In this document: positions 38,301-50,500 of the stretch, one piece after another | Layout: each line of letters opens with the position of its first letter | Position numbering within the stretch: position 1 is the stretch's first letter | Origin: Eledone cirrhosa | Taxonomy: Eukaryota | NCBI GenBank assembly: GCA_964016885.1 | Contig: OZ024742.1 | Location: 19,344,001-19,408,000, forward strand | Direction: 5' to 3' | DNA length: 64,000 nucleotides | Translations under genes and position numbers: made by a program | The notes under the pieces: model-generated | Database searches by the model: none | What the model was told of the DNA's origin: nothing | The model's input: the letters and a program-made list of their open reading frames with translations, nothing else

Positions 38301-38432
38301 TTCCAGCTCCGTTTTGCATTCCATAGGGTTAATCTTTTTGTAGATGGCAAATTTTGGTGGTAACTTTAGGATTTGTTGTTCTTGTTCACTGATTAAAGTG
38401 TTCCCATAGATATTTATTGTGTGGTCATTGGT
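35373..38432 (-). CDS. PLE polyprotein: Asn-rich insert, reverse transcriptase, Cys linker, GIY-YIG endonuclease (Neptune-like); N-terminus missing
   Basis: SMDVVSLYPSI, QNEGAAIG, SRYVDDI, LPVLD, CTNRKCIIC, VVYSIRC..C..YIGET..R..H..E..LN. The first 64 or so aa of the track ORF come from the inverted repeat. Confidence 0.92.
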   Translation of the reverse strand, partial: TNDHTINIYGNTLISEQEQQILKLPPKFAIYKKINPMECKTELEKCFTKIRWNAKVNNNNNNNGSSNINNNSGYRNNSHNHNNGRKVRNSDNGNNTSDRQNNNNHNNNNNRNVNHRHSNSDHSSNNGNNTNNNNNNNHSGNNGNSTCSNINKNKKHNNSNNHNGRNSSNNNNNNGEVNNNTSSNHNNNNINANDRNNNNHHDNNNSNTHNYDDRNNDNPLEKLFFNPADKTYKMGNIYPTRLPFNKRVCIPQQIDDETEAQFTIARNKIRQVVDRYTMRQSRPEAQQLGIKPVEGLVSLKQRTRDGEVVCLPTDKSGRMSIDSMPNYIEAMQPHITNTSEVAQLTHDGREKILNAHMLMWTDILKPSRRTANNFQASNNGIPPLYGLRKDHKTVDDPTTGPPTRPVCGANIASNYRISYFLSMVIRPIIKMSPDVCESTEDLLSRISECNKNRSLSNCIIGSMDVVSLYPSINIDFAVKRCVGMIIESEVEFCDVDTDELGLLLRLTYDTDYLDSHDLRCFCPSRPIRGRPPTITSMAKKTPIGRWIGWTKAIRTPQNTDQVRKMVAHAIGASIKTTLKGHIFKFNEKIYTQNEGAAIGVSIAGDVANLFMVWWERRLKDLFNESSIDLIMYSRYVDDINIVIRTPPLESTNKFDLERSTMESIQQIVNSIHQSITVTIDFPSKHPNNRLPVLDTELWINTIDERAQILHSHYAKPMASKYLILKNSAMSSSAKFNILIADLVRVMKNVSSMCDPTEMEGHIQHFINRMQFSGYNQRDRVRVYEGAMEKYKTLIELDMKGVCPLYRSKSWNSLDRARHKIGKATSWYDNQRYQSVMFVDATPGGKLANQCRKALRKTHLKIKVVEKPGTTIKSLISKTYPFKKTHCTNRKCIICKVNPRINCKTRNVVYSIRCTEGTCRNMTTTYIGETARSIGERIDQHWGELKGRKNGSVLYEHARQQHDGNIDNIEIRIISKHRNDPADRQIREASEIEIRRPKLNRKNEWNNNNTQTNNTDLREV

Positions 38433-39164
38433 GTGGTCAGTACTATACGAACATGCTAGACAACAACATGACGGTAACATAGACAACATAGAAATTAGAA
38501 TAATATCTAAACATAGGAATGACCCAGCAGATAGGCAAATCAGAGAGGCCAGTGAAATAGAAATTAGAAGACCAAAGCTAAACAGAAAGAATGAGTGGAA
38601 CAACAACAACACCCAAACAAACAACACTGACCTAAGAGAAGTATAAATAAGTAAATAAAATTAAATAAAATAAGATAAATAAATACATACACAAGCACAT
38701 AAACACACACTAGTCACCCAGCAGACACAACACTATACACACTAGTCACACATCACACATAGCACTATACACACACGCAAACGCATGCGCAAAGAAGACA
38801 AAATAAAATAAAATAAACAAACAAGCAAATAAATAAATAAATATATAGACAGACTGAACAAAAAAAAATGGCGTAGACATACAACACAACAGGAGGAACA
38901 ATGAATATAACACCACTGACGATGTTGCAGATGTGCAACGAAAGATTTATGTAAATTATGTAAACTATATATATGTGTTTGTGTCTATATTGTATCTGTA
39001 TTATTTTTGACCGCCGGTCAGTCAATGGCAACATTGAGGACCGAGTAAGTTAGATCGCAGATATATATATATAAAAGACAGCGAGAAGCGAAAACCAACC
39101 AAACAGTGAGTGTGTTCTGTTATTAATTCTGGCAATATTACGCAAATATGACCCTCCCCAAATA

Positions 39165-39209
<45 letters not shown>

Positions 39210-39420
39210 TCAGCATTTTTTCATTTCATTTCATTTTACGTCCACTTTTCCCTGCTTGCAAGGGTGGGACGGGAACTGATTCTGGCTTGATTTCTACAGC
39301 TGGATGCCCTTCCTAACACCAACCTCATTTACAGTGAGTGCTGATTGCTTTTTTGCCGTGGCACCTCCACGACGACTTTGCAGTGGAATGATAGCGACCC
39401 CGGTCCCTATCATCTCATTT

Positions 39421-39557
39421 CTACAGCTGAGTAAACTGGAGCAATGTGAAATAAAGTCCCTTGCTCAAGGAAACAACACATCGCCTGGTCTGAGAATTGA
39501 ACTCACAACCTTTCGATTGCAAGGCCAATGCTCTAACCACTAAGCCATGTGCCTCCA
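39421..39557 (-). mobile_element. CORE-like tRNA SINE
   Basis: Minus: tggcttagtggttagagcattggccttgcaatcgaaaggttgtgagttcaattctc..gttgtttccttgagcaagggacttt. Confidence 0.8.
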
Positions 39558-39601
39558 TATATATATATATATATACGTACATGCGTACATACACAGACAC
39601 T

Positions 39602-39650
<49 letters not shown>

Positions 39651-40204
39651 TGGCTGCCAACTCGTTTTCGAGTACGGCCACTACTTTATATCCATGTAGG
39701 AGAACCCCTACCGATGCGCTGAACGAGTGTGACTTTTTACTCCAGCCAGCGACTTGAAAACTCTGGTACAAACATTACACTTGTGACAATTATTGACACA
39801 GTGCTGGGCCCATGGTACCATGTGACGACAAGTGCAGAGAGATCTCCAGATATAAAGCAATGCCTGTGCCGTGAAGCTTTTATAGTGAGCAAAGACACTG
39901 CACAAAGCCAGTCCTACTCTCTTAACCAAGATGATATTTACCAAAAAGAAGAACAAGTGAACATCATTGGATACCATCAGGTTTGCAGGTGTTATATCAG
40001 AGTTTTCCTTCTCCTAGAATTCTGCCTTGACAAAGGCTAAAGGGTCATCTCTCCCGGATATATATATATACGTACATGCATACACACACACGCTTGTATA
40101 TATATATATATATATACGTACATGCATACATATACATATATATATATATGCATGTATATACAGACGTACTGCCAAACATGATATATATATATATATACAT
40201 ACAT

Positions 40205-40358
40205 ATGTCGATCCCGAGTTAAATCGGGTGTAACCACACTGTATAAGTAGAGTGAAAACATCAAACATTTAATATAGAGATGGCTTCTACGGGATTAGAA
40301 CTGTTTCATACGAATGAAACAGTTCTAGTCCTGTAGAAGCCATTTCTATATTAAATGT

Positions 40359-40360
<2 letters not shown>
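40205..40360. mobile_element. Fold-back element G (Naiad terminal-repeat family) turning inside hammerhead stem II
   Basis: Arms 40263-40309 and 40314-40360 (ttcat-acga-atgaa), then GAAACagttctagtcctGTAgaagc. Tail 40205-40262. Confidence 0.8.
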
Positions 40361-40412
<52 letters not shown>

Positions 40413-40431
40413 CATACATATAATACATACA

Positions 40432-40524
<93 letters not shown>

Positions 40525-40740
40525 CACACACACGAGTTGATATATATAAAAACAAATAGTAGAAAGGAAAAAGATTTTTTCAGTAGAAAATGCTGAAGAG
40601 ATTCTTTCAGTGTAATATCAAAACATTTACTTGTTTATAAAGAGGATATTTCCGCATTTAATAATGGTACCGGTTTCAGAATTATATGCATTGTCAACTG
40701 CGGATATGCATAATATGGTTAAGTTCCCTATTTATACAAA

Positions 40741-40958
40741 TAATGGTTTCTTATAAAGGCACAAGACCAGTAATTTGGGGGGAGGGGAAAGTCGATTAAA
40801 TCGACCCCAGTGCGTGACTGGTACTTTATTTTATCGACGCCATAAGGATGAAAGGCAAAGTTGACCTCGGCGGGGTTTGAGCTCAGATCATAAAGAGCCG
40901 TAACTCTATGGTGCAAAACATGGCGTCCGACCCTCTACCGATACTGCCAATTCACCGC
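40741..40958 (-). mobile_element. tRNA-derived SINE, full length, TSD-like ccctatttatacaaataat / ctctatttatacaaataat
   Basis: Complete head/core/tail with duplicated flank. Confidence 0.9.
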
Positions 40959-41102
40959 CCTCTATTTATACAAATAATAATAATAATAACAAAAAGTGGA
41001 AGAAAAATTATTAATTTTTACATACATATTTTGAAAAGGGAGTTCATATCACTATCCGTGTTTGTCCTTCTTTCTCTGTTAGTTGGCTAACAGAAGTAGC
41101 AG

Positions 41103-41215
<113 letters not shown>

Positions 41216-41529
41216 CATACATACGGAAAGTTTATTTTCTTCACAACCTTGTAATCGAGAAGGTGGTGATCGGTCAAAAGTAACTCGAAATTAAGAAAAA
41301 CGACAATAACACATACATGATGACCCCCCTCCATCCGCCCTCGTTATCGAGGATGGCCCTCACACGACATCTTAAAAAAATATTCTTTTATCGGTGCTGT
41401 GATCGAATTTGGCTTTTTGGCCCGGTTAATGATTTAGAGTGTCTTGCACATGTATTTTCTACTTTCCTATACAGCCAGATCTGCTCTTGATTTTATCTTT
41501 TTGTTTATATTTCCATCATAAAGTATTAC

Positions 41530-41850
41530 TTGGATGCTGTAGGCTTCCCCTTCCAGCTCGAGCCGGTGGGGCTGGACCTAGGGGACGGCAAAAGGCCAGA
41601 CGGCATGACCATCTAACTGTTCCGCGGTGGTAAACCTCTCATCAGGGATGCCACATGCAATGACATTTTCTCCCGCGGCAACTTAGTGCAGTCTACGACT
41701 AATCCAGGCTCTGCTGCACTTCAGGCCGAGGAGGGTAAACTCTCCATGTATCGGTCGCTCTCCGACAGGTTTGCAGTCGAGCTCATAGCAGTGGAGACTT
41801 CTTGTGTCCTTGGCCCTAGGACCACCTTCCTACTCACCAACATCAGCACG
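41530..41850 (+). pseudogene. RLE fragment of a CRE-clade non-LTR retrotransposon
   Basis: [52 protein letters not shown]..LG, with one stop. Absent from the ORF track. Confidence 0.75.
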
Positions 41851-42109
41851 TATCTCTGTTCGTAAAATATAGTCCACATAATATGTTTATGTATAACAGA
41901 TAACAAAATAAAATAAAAACCTATATTTCTACAGTTAAAAAGGGGGAGTGTAGATAAATAGCATTGAATATGTTTAGTAAAATTTATTTATCGGTACGAA
42001 ACTGATGATAAACTCCGTCACTGTTGGAAGTTTCATTTGGAATCAAATATATGAAAAATATTTGTTATAGCCGAGTATATTAAATGTAATCTGGCGACTG
42101 TTACAAAGT

Positions 42110-42410
42110 CGAATAGAATGTTTAGCGATATTCGTTCCGGCTCTCTGCGCTCTGAGTATAAATCCCGCCGAGGTCAACTTTGCCATTCATCCTTTCAAAG
42201 TGGATAAATAAAGTCCCAGTTCGATACTGGGGTTGCTTCTTCCTCTATATCTCTTTCTCATTTTCTCTATGTCGTTCTCATTCTCTTATGCTGCAACAAC
42301 AACAACAACAACAAAAAAACGACCGTTTTCAAATCTGGAATGGAGTGAACTCTACTAGGTTATAAATGGCGATGATTATGTCACTATGGCGTCCCTACGA
42401 CTCACTAGAG
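42110..42410 (+). mobile_element. Degenerate long-form SINE
   Basis: tcccgccgaggtcaactttgccattcatcc core, then extension. Confidence 0.6.
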
Positions 42411-44233
42411 AGTGAAAGATCGTTCGATAGATATTAACAGCGTATATAATGGTGGATCTTCCAGCATAGTTATTGTGTTCGTTGCGAACCCTTAGTAACA
42501 ATTACCCTAGTTAAAATGATGATAGGAATCTATTGGAGTTATGCTAGAAGTGATACGAGTTTGTCATGTAAATTTATTTCTAGGCAGACTTCATAGTGGC
42601 TTCGCAATGACTTAAAGACCTTAATCAGTCAATCCTGTGTGAAAAGTAACTACGTGAAGTTTTGTCATAAATTCCATTCAACAACTTCTAATGAAAGCTA
42701 TCAATAAAAAGGTCATAGTTAAGTTATGAACATTTGTCCAAACAAGTATTTCTTTTTTTTTTGTTTTGAAGCTGAACGCGTTTCAAAACTACTAACAAGT
42801 CATCAATCTTAATACAATGAATATGTTCAAAAATAGGGCTCCTCAGAATACAAGCCACATAAAAATCTTTTCTATACAAAAAAAAAATGACCGGACATTA
42901 TTGGCGTGTCTTTGCGAAAAGCTGCGTGTATATATACAAAAGAAAGTGTATATATAGAAAGGGATGGTGGGGTAGTTTTATAAGATTCTAAAGAACTGGG
43001 GTGACAAAGAGAACTGACTAAATATCAAAGTAACACATTGAGTAGGGATATTCATCTGGTATTTCTTACTCCTTTTCTTATGTTATGTTGGTTTCTATAT
43101 TCTTTCAGAAATAACTTTTTACCCTCTCTCCTGCTGCCACAGAAAAAATACCGAGGTATCCATAAAAGCGTCAATGAAAGTCGATAAATATAGAAAAGAA
43201 GTGGAGAGATTTTAAGCTGGTGTCAAGCCATATATTCTTTCTTGAGCCGTGTCTTGAATACATATTATTCAAGTGTTTTCTTCCGGATCATAAAAGAGAT
43301 AAAGATTTCTTTTTATTAGCCACGGAAACGATAATACTAGTAGACCGGGAGGGAGGGTTGACACTGTCGTAATCATAATAGAACATTTATAGAAAATAAA
43401 CATTATCATAATTTATAATAAAAAGGTATTTCTGTCATATTACCATATTGGATTAATTGACCTTTTTTGATTTTATATATGGGGAGAAGTAACTTTATCC
43501 TGCAATCGGGTCAGATGTAGGACAGAACTAGAACTGAGAATACATTTCTCTTTACCGTCCTTAAATCCATGCCCTTTCCTTAGTCATTGCTCTGTCCCTC
43601 CTTTTTTTTTCTCATTTATAACATTTATAGCTCTTTCCTTTACTTTCCTAAACAGCTAGATCTGCTCTTCTTTACCCCTTCCCCCTTTATTTCATAACTG
43701 GGTTTTATTTTCAACCTTTTGTTTATGTTTTCCATCATTGTATAACTTCTGTTTGTAAAATATAGTTGACATAAACAACGTTGGATTGAGACCTTCTGGG
43801 GCTCATACACACAGAAAAAGATTAAAATACACAGCAAACCCCCAATTTTATTTATTAAAGTTAGCTTGGCGCCAGTAATTGGAATTGAAAGGTTATACAT
43901 ACACGTATTAAATTAAAAAATTCTAACCATCTTGAAACTATAAAGCCCAGCTGAGGGCATAAATAAATTGCTACAGCAGTCGCTGGTGGAGCCCCACACA
44001 GCAGGGGGCCCGAGGCAATTTCCTCCTCACCCACCCACCTCCATTAAATCCGGCCCTGGGGATGAGCACCGGCAATCATTTCTAAGGCCCACTGAAATAC
44101 CATGACTTATACACAGTCAAACGTCTAGAGTGGCACATCAACGCTTGTGTATACCAATTAAAGGAACTAGATTGATTGATTCGTTTAATGATCAAACAAG
44201 GAAAACTGAATTCAATTCTTATTTTCTTAATTC

Positions 44234-44988
44234 TAATCTATATATTAATACACTTCTACCTCCGTACCGTACGTCAGACTGTGTGTGTCACACTCTCCGT
44301 AATCTATATATTAATACACTTCTACCTCCGTACCGTACGTCAGACTGTGTGTGTCACACTCTCCGTAATCTATATATTAATACACTTCTACCTACGTACC
44401 GTACGTCAGACTGTGTGTGTCACACTCTCCGTAATCTATATATTAATACACTTCTACCTCCGTACCGTACGTCAGACAGTGTGTGTCACACTCTCCGTAA
44501 TCTATATATTAATACACTTCTACCTCCGTACCGTACGTCAGACTGTGTGTGTCACACTCTCCGTAATCTATATATTAATACACTTCTACCTCCGTACCGT
44601 ACGTCAGACCGTGTCACACTTTCAGTAATTACATAGTAATTTCTCTAGAGAACAGCAAAGAAATGCCATAATTGAAGAGCAGCCTTTGAGCCAGGGCCAT
44701 GAAGTGAGAGAGTTAAAGTGATACCTCAAAACCAATCCACCCATGGCCACAGAAGGGAATCACCTTTACTAGAAACATTGTATATAGGGAACTGCTTTAA
44801 AGGATGTTTTTTATGTGTACTTTTATGAAATTAATTTTAAATAAACTTACATTATTACACATAAAATAAAGGAAAATATAATCGTTTATTCACCAAAATA
44901 CTGCAAATCAAGCAACTTTGATTAACTGGACAATATTTAAATTTAAAAAATTATCCGTGAATTTTTTCACGGGTCCAGCTAATTAGTA
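44234..44988 (+). mobile_element. Helitron-like element with six tandem 66-bp copies of its 5' end
   Basis: Units start at 44234, 44300, 44366, 44432, 44498 and 44564 (taatctatatattaatacacttctacc..). 3' hairpin ccgtgaa-tttt-ttcacgg, then ctaattagt. Confidence 0.65.
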
Positions 44989-45292
44989 TAATTGCTCCAA
45001 CTATACGTTATACACGAAGGGCCGGATGTAGACCAACGTTCAGCCAAAAAAAATTAACAAAGTAATTCAACAGTGAATTTTAGAAATAGGCGAACAGCCA
45101 CTACAAATAAATTATGACTAACAAATAGAAAATCCATTGGGTCAAACAAAACAATATATTTATATTTAAATTATCGTTCAGTAACAAAATAAAAAAATCA
45201 TTTGTTGTTTGTTTTTTTTTTTGTTAAAGTCGTCAGTCAACTCATAAATGATTATTATATGTTTTAGATGGCCGAGAAATTAAAGTTAGCTA

Positions 45293-45947
45293 CTCACGGG
45301 TCTCGAATAATTCCTCCTCCCCACCACTTATCAATTTTTCAGATTCTACCACCACCACCACATACACTCTAACACCCCCACCCCCTGCTTATTAAATTTT
45401 GCTAATCTATTTCCGGCGAAATTTTATTTTAAGTGGTAGCATTCCTGCAACAATTAATTTTCTTTATGCATTATAAAAAAAAAACATTCTACGTAACTAA
45501 CAAAGTACATTATTAGAAATAAGGGTGGATTGGCAGAATTGGTAGAGAGTTGGACATGCTTTCCAGCATAGTTACGTCCCTTTATGATCTGAGTCTGAGT
45601 TCAAATCCCACCAAGGTTAACTTTGCCTTTCCTCCTTACGAGGTCGATAAAATAAAGTACCAGTAATGTACTGAGTTATTACTGGCCTTGTGTCGAAAGT
45701 AGAAACAATTATTAGAAATCCCACATGTTATAAAACAAATAGGATGGGTTGGGGTCTCTATATGTAAACTAAACGACTAATTCTGGGGGGAGGGGAGGTT
45801 TAATTTCAACGGAGACAACCTAGAAAAATTATAGATTTTCCAATCCCCCCCTCTTATTCCAACACCCCCGCTTATTCCAACCCCACCACTTATTCCAACC
45901 CCTTCACTTATTCCAACCCCTTCACCCTATTATTTGGGACCCGAGAG
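45293..45947. mobile_element. MITE (ctctcgggt TIR family, reverse orientation) containing a nested SINE
   Basis: ta|ctcacgggtc..gacccgagag|ta. SINE at about 45522-45712 with TSD attattagaaat. Confidence 0.85.
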
Positions 45948-46680
45948 TATTTAGTAATCAAGGAGAAATATTTGATATATCAATCCTACCGATTAAGTCT
46001 TTTGAAATGCCATTTAACAAAACATCCATTCTATTTCTAACTTTGACTAAAGATCGTAATTAGAAGTAGTTTAAAATGAAGCCTACTTAATGTGTATAAA
46101 TAGTTACAGGAGTCAATTGTTTCCCCACCCTTCACCTCTTTAAACGCTCTTATTTAGTAACTCAAGAATATCGATTCCTTTCATTCTAACACCTAGTTTG
46201 AAAAAAAGATTCTTGTCTTGTTCTCGGATAGATTGTAATCATTTAAATGCCATTATGAGAACATTTCTTCCGATGACTGATCACTGATAAATTCTGGTAA
46301 AAACAACAGCAAAACACAGCTTGTCACAAATATTGGGTTGATTAAATCCAAGTTGCTGTTAGTAGTAGTCAAACTACTTCTAAACCTCCTCCAGTTAAAA
46401 TGGCAACCCATATATCAGAAGCCTTAAACATTCTAATAGCTCATTCCTGAAATACTCCAATTGCTGTGGTGTTTTACAGAATAACATTACCCAGATACGC
46501 AGAACTCTTGTTTGGTGTTACGCACTATTATGGAATACTAGCGGGCCCCGTGGAAACTTCATGGTTATTGAAATCTAAAACATTAGGACAATTATTCTGA
46601 CATATATTTGTTATTTCATAATTGTATCATTTGAATCCTTATACTAATATATACAATATATATATATATATATATATATC

Positions 46681-46940
46681 ACAGAAAAAAAGAGAATCAG
46701 TGTTGTGACGATAGGAATTTATTGGACATATTACAATTGTTTCTCGGGCGACCAGCTCGAGGCACGATCGATGTGGTGATCAAACCTGACTCTGAAATCG
46801 CTTGGTCCTCGGATACGTCTCGATTCAGAGTCAGGTTTGATCACCATATCGATCGTGCCTCGAGCTGGTCGCCCGAGAAACAATTGTAATATGTCCAATA
46901 AATTCCTTTCGTCGCAACACTGATTCTCTTTTTTCGTATA
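46681..46940. mobile_element. PLE-type fold-back element H
   Basis: Arms about 46684-46800 and 46821-46935 with a 20-bp spacer. Each carries GAAAC-aatt-GTA-atatgtcc. (TA)n on both sides. Confidence 0.78.
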
Positions 46941-46950
46941 TATATACATG

Positions 46951-47013
<63 letters not shown>

Positions 47014-47018
47014 GAAAG

Positions 47019-47067
47019 GCTTCTACAGGACTAGAACTGTTTCATTCGGGAGAAATCATCAGGAAGC
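47019..47067 (-). ncRNA. Hammerhead ribozyme
   Basis: Reverse complement of 47195-47243. Confidence 0.8.
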
Positions 47068-47194
47068 AGCTGTCCAAGTAATATGGTGGTATTTATATCT
47101 TTTCTGATGGTAGGAGAAGGCGGTGATTGGGATGGGTGGAGGTCATTGGTTGATGGGTTTAAAGAAAAGGGAATTCCATATTACTTGGACAGCT

Positions 47195-47243
47195 GCTTCC
47201 TGATGATTTCTCCCGAATGAAACAGTTCTAGACCTGTAGAAGC
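47195..47243 (+). ncRNA. Hammerhead ribozyme (type I)
   Basis: gcttc CTGATGA tttc-tccc-gaat GAAAC ag-ttctagac-ct GTA gaagc. Perfect stems I and III. Confidence 0.82.
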
Positions 47244-47590
47244 CTTTCTATATTAAATATTTATACTCTGCTTTGTATTGAGTACCTTACTTACTGTGGT
47301 TACCCCCGATTGAATCCGGGATAAACTTATATATATATAAATATAGAGACATTGATAGATAGATAGATAGATAGATTTCTTTATTTACCATAAAGGCATA
47401 AAAAGAAGGGACAAATACAAAGGGGGAGTTTACATATAATCGAGTAAAAAGGGTGTAACATGAAAATAATCGAAAATAACCTCAAAAGGGAGGGGACGTG
47501 ATGGGGGTTGCACACACCCCCGAAAAAGTGTGCAATCCTTTGCCCGGGGAGCACATGGAGAAGGTGCTCCCCTCTCCTTTACTTCTTTAC

Positions 47591-50500
47591 CTACAGGATG
47601 GTATACAGAGAAGGCCCATTTACACGAGCCATTCTCGCCACTATCACCCACCTTTCATAAAACTGCCTGTGGCCAAGCACCTCTCTCTCCATTCTTATCC
47701 TTCTTCCGAAGTGATATCGGAAGAAGTAGACCAGACTATGGCCAGAGAGGAAGTTGCCTGACCTCAGACCTTTCAATCGTGTCCACCAAACAACCTCTTT
47801 CAACATGGCTATTACGCACAGAAAAACCGCCTTTGCTTCCTTTGTGAAGAGGGGAGGCGGTTTGATTGTCATCACGGACTCGGCGGTCAATTTAATCGGC
47901 GCCACCCGCGACAGCAGTTGTTCGGCGTAGCCCCACAGATCAGCCACGCCCGGACATTGCACCAATGCGTGCGCAACGGTTTCTTCGTGACGCACGCATC
48001 TAGGGCAAATCTATTTTGAGGGATCCCTGCCCAGGCGCCCGTGTCTGTAGAGCCTCTCTCGAACGGGTAGAGCCCCCCGGTAGCACTGCCAGGCCAGTGA
48101 CTTCTGGAAGTTGTCCATTGGTCCTGGGCCGAAAGTCCTACCGAACAGGCTGGCCAGTTCGTCTTCTTCCATGTCCAGCGACTCTCCAAGGGTGTCATCG
48201 CCCCTGCTAGCCACCAGCCCTCTATAGAATGCTGAGGTGGATTCTCCACCGATGGCCTGGCCCGCTTGCCAGAGAGCCCTGAGCGCCTGAGCACACTCAG
48301 TGTGCCAGTCTCCCAGTTTTCCTGATCTTTGCTTGACCCAGGACTGTAGCTCGGTGAGCGAGACGAGTCTCGGAAAGGCTCGTTTCACGAACGGAGCCCA
48401 CACCGGTTGACCAGTGAGGAATACCTGTAGGTGCCGTAGCCTTAATGCGTGCCTACGCATCATCAACCACGGCATCCCCAGCCCTCCTTTCGAAGGTTGT
48501 TGGCAGCAGATGGATCTTCTCACCATAGGAGGACGCTTCTTCCAAAGAAATTGGAAGAGCATGCGTTCCATGGTGGTGAGTGTTTCCTTAGGGCAAGGCA
48601 CGACAGTCAGGCGGTAGTAAGTGAAGGACGCTATGTAAATGTTCGCCACCTCCGCCCGGCCTTTTAGGGACAGCTTACACTTGGCCCATTTCTGGGTTAG
48701 TGCAAACACCTTGTTCGTAACCTCGTTCCAGTTCTTTTCCACCTGGAGGTCCGGTCCAAACCAGACCCCAAGCAACTTTACCGGGCCCTCCGTCCAGTGT
48801 CCGACGACACCGTCAGGAGGCATCGGTCTGCCTCTCCACGTTCCGAGTTGCAGCCCGATGGATTTTTCCCGGTTCAGTTTCGCTCCTGACAACTTTTCGT
48901 ACTCCTCCAGTAAGGTACCGATCGCCTCGATCTCCGAGTCGGTTGATACCATTACTGTTACGTCATCGGCGTAGGCCGACATCGCTTTGCTCAATCCTGG
49001 TTCCAGGGGGATACCCTGCAACAACTCCAACTTCCTCAGTAAAGGCTCGAGAGTCAATACGTACAGAAGGGAGGAGAGAGGGCACCCCTGTCGAATGGAT
49101 CGTGTGATTTCGAACGGCTTCGAAAGGTAGCCGTTCACCTTGATCCTAGAACAGATGTGGTTGCTATGTAGGGCAGTGATCCAGCCTCTGAAAACAGGAC
49201 CGAACCCAGCCGCCGCTAGCACCGCATCCAGGTAACCATGGTCGACCCTATCGAAGGCCTTAGACTGATCTAAGTCGATCAGGGCCCCACCGAAGCCGGG
49301 TTTGTTGCCAACCCTCTCTATGATGTATCGCATGAGGTGGAGATTATCGTGAATGGACCTGGATGGGATAGCACATGTCTGCGCATCTCCCACCAGGCCA
49401 CCCACGACAAGCGCCAACCTCTTTGCTAACACCTTGGCCAAAATCTTTAACTCTGTGTTTAGCAGGGTTATGGGCCGAAAATTATTTATATTATCCCCCT
49501 TGTTCTCGTCCTTCCTCACCAGCGTGACTACGCCCTTGGCTACAGAACAAGGAATTCTCCCGTTCTGCTGCCAATTGCAGTAGACCGCTTCGAGGAGTTC
49601 GGAGAAGAAGACCGGCATTGCTAAATAAAGTTCGTAAGGTATACCATCGAGACCTGGAGATTTGCGTCTGCTGCATTGGCTCAGCGCATCTCCGATCTCA
49701 TCAGCCGAGATTGGTCCCTCGCAGGACTCTGCCTCTTCATTCGAGAGACGCGGCAGGCCGTCGAGGTATGGACCGAAATCCACGCCCCCGCCCGGACCCT
49801 CGCCTCCCCCGAACAATCGGGCAAAGTGCCTTTGAAAGGCCTCGCACATCTGCTTAGGCTTCCGGATCACCCGTCCATCTTCGTCTTGCAACGACCGGAT
49901 GGTGGATCGATTTCCACTCTTAGCTTCTGTCACGCGGGCCCATCCAACGGCTTTGGCCCCCTCATTACCTAGAGCACGTATTTTACTTCGAATGACGCAG
50001 CCTTCGTGCTTTGCATCGAAAAACTGGTTCAAGGCCGTCCTCGATGCCAGCACTCTGGCCACATCTTCGCTCTTGATTGCCTCTTCTAATTTACCTGTTA
50101 ATTCTTTCTCGTTTCTATTCCTATCGGCAGCTAACATCTTTCTATAACTTATTGATTCTGTTCTAATCTCTCTTTTGAGAGATGCCCACCATCGGTTGTT
50201 GACGATTGCACCCGTCAACCTCTCCTTAACTAATCTGCTAATCCGGTTTCTGTAAGTCTCTTTTGCCGGTAAAGACAAATTAAGTTTCCAGTAACCGGGA
50301 CCCTGTCTATGTGTTTTCTCGAGATTGACCACGCAGGTCACTAATTTGTGATCCGTGTAGCCAACCGTGCGCATTTCTGGACAGCTTAATATGTCCCTAT
50401 CCTTACTTCTAACTAAGAATCTATCTAAGTACGATCTAGATTGACCACTGTGGTTTCTCCAAGTCCAGGTAGGCACAGTTAGAAAATCTAATCGATATCT

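Larger units (their letters stand above)
34790..39168 (-). mobile_element. Penelope-like element copy 2, 5'-truncated, with an inverted copy of its 3' end
   Basis: 34850-35584 is inverted at 38435-39168. Unpaired tail 34790-34849. Both ends lie in (TA)n of a cgtacatgcatacatacacacttg compound repeat. Confidence 0.95.
47007..47328. mobile_element. Fold-back element I (Naiad terminal-repeat family), two complete hammerheads
   Basis: Arms 47007-47086 and 47176-47255 around a 3'-UTR spacer. Tail to 47328. Confidence 0.85.

Noticed and set aside
38433-38646. Hydrophobic N-terminus (signal or TM-like) of the 1084-aa ORF
   Set aside because: It is the antisense of the inverted GIY-YIG end, fused at the inversion junction.
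39010-39045. HDV ribozyme-like string gccgg..ggcaacatt..gaggaccg
   Set aside because: Only textual resemblance; nested P1/P2/P3/P1.1 pairings could not be built.
39480-39557. tRNA genes (also 30920, 60590 and main SINE heads)
   Set aside because: A/B boxes run into SINE bodies and no complete cloverleaf acceptor stem forms.
44234-44625. CRISPR-like regular array
   Set aside because: Units are identical over their whole 66 bp with no unique spacers, there are no cas genes, and the context is eukaryotic.
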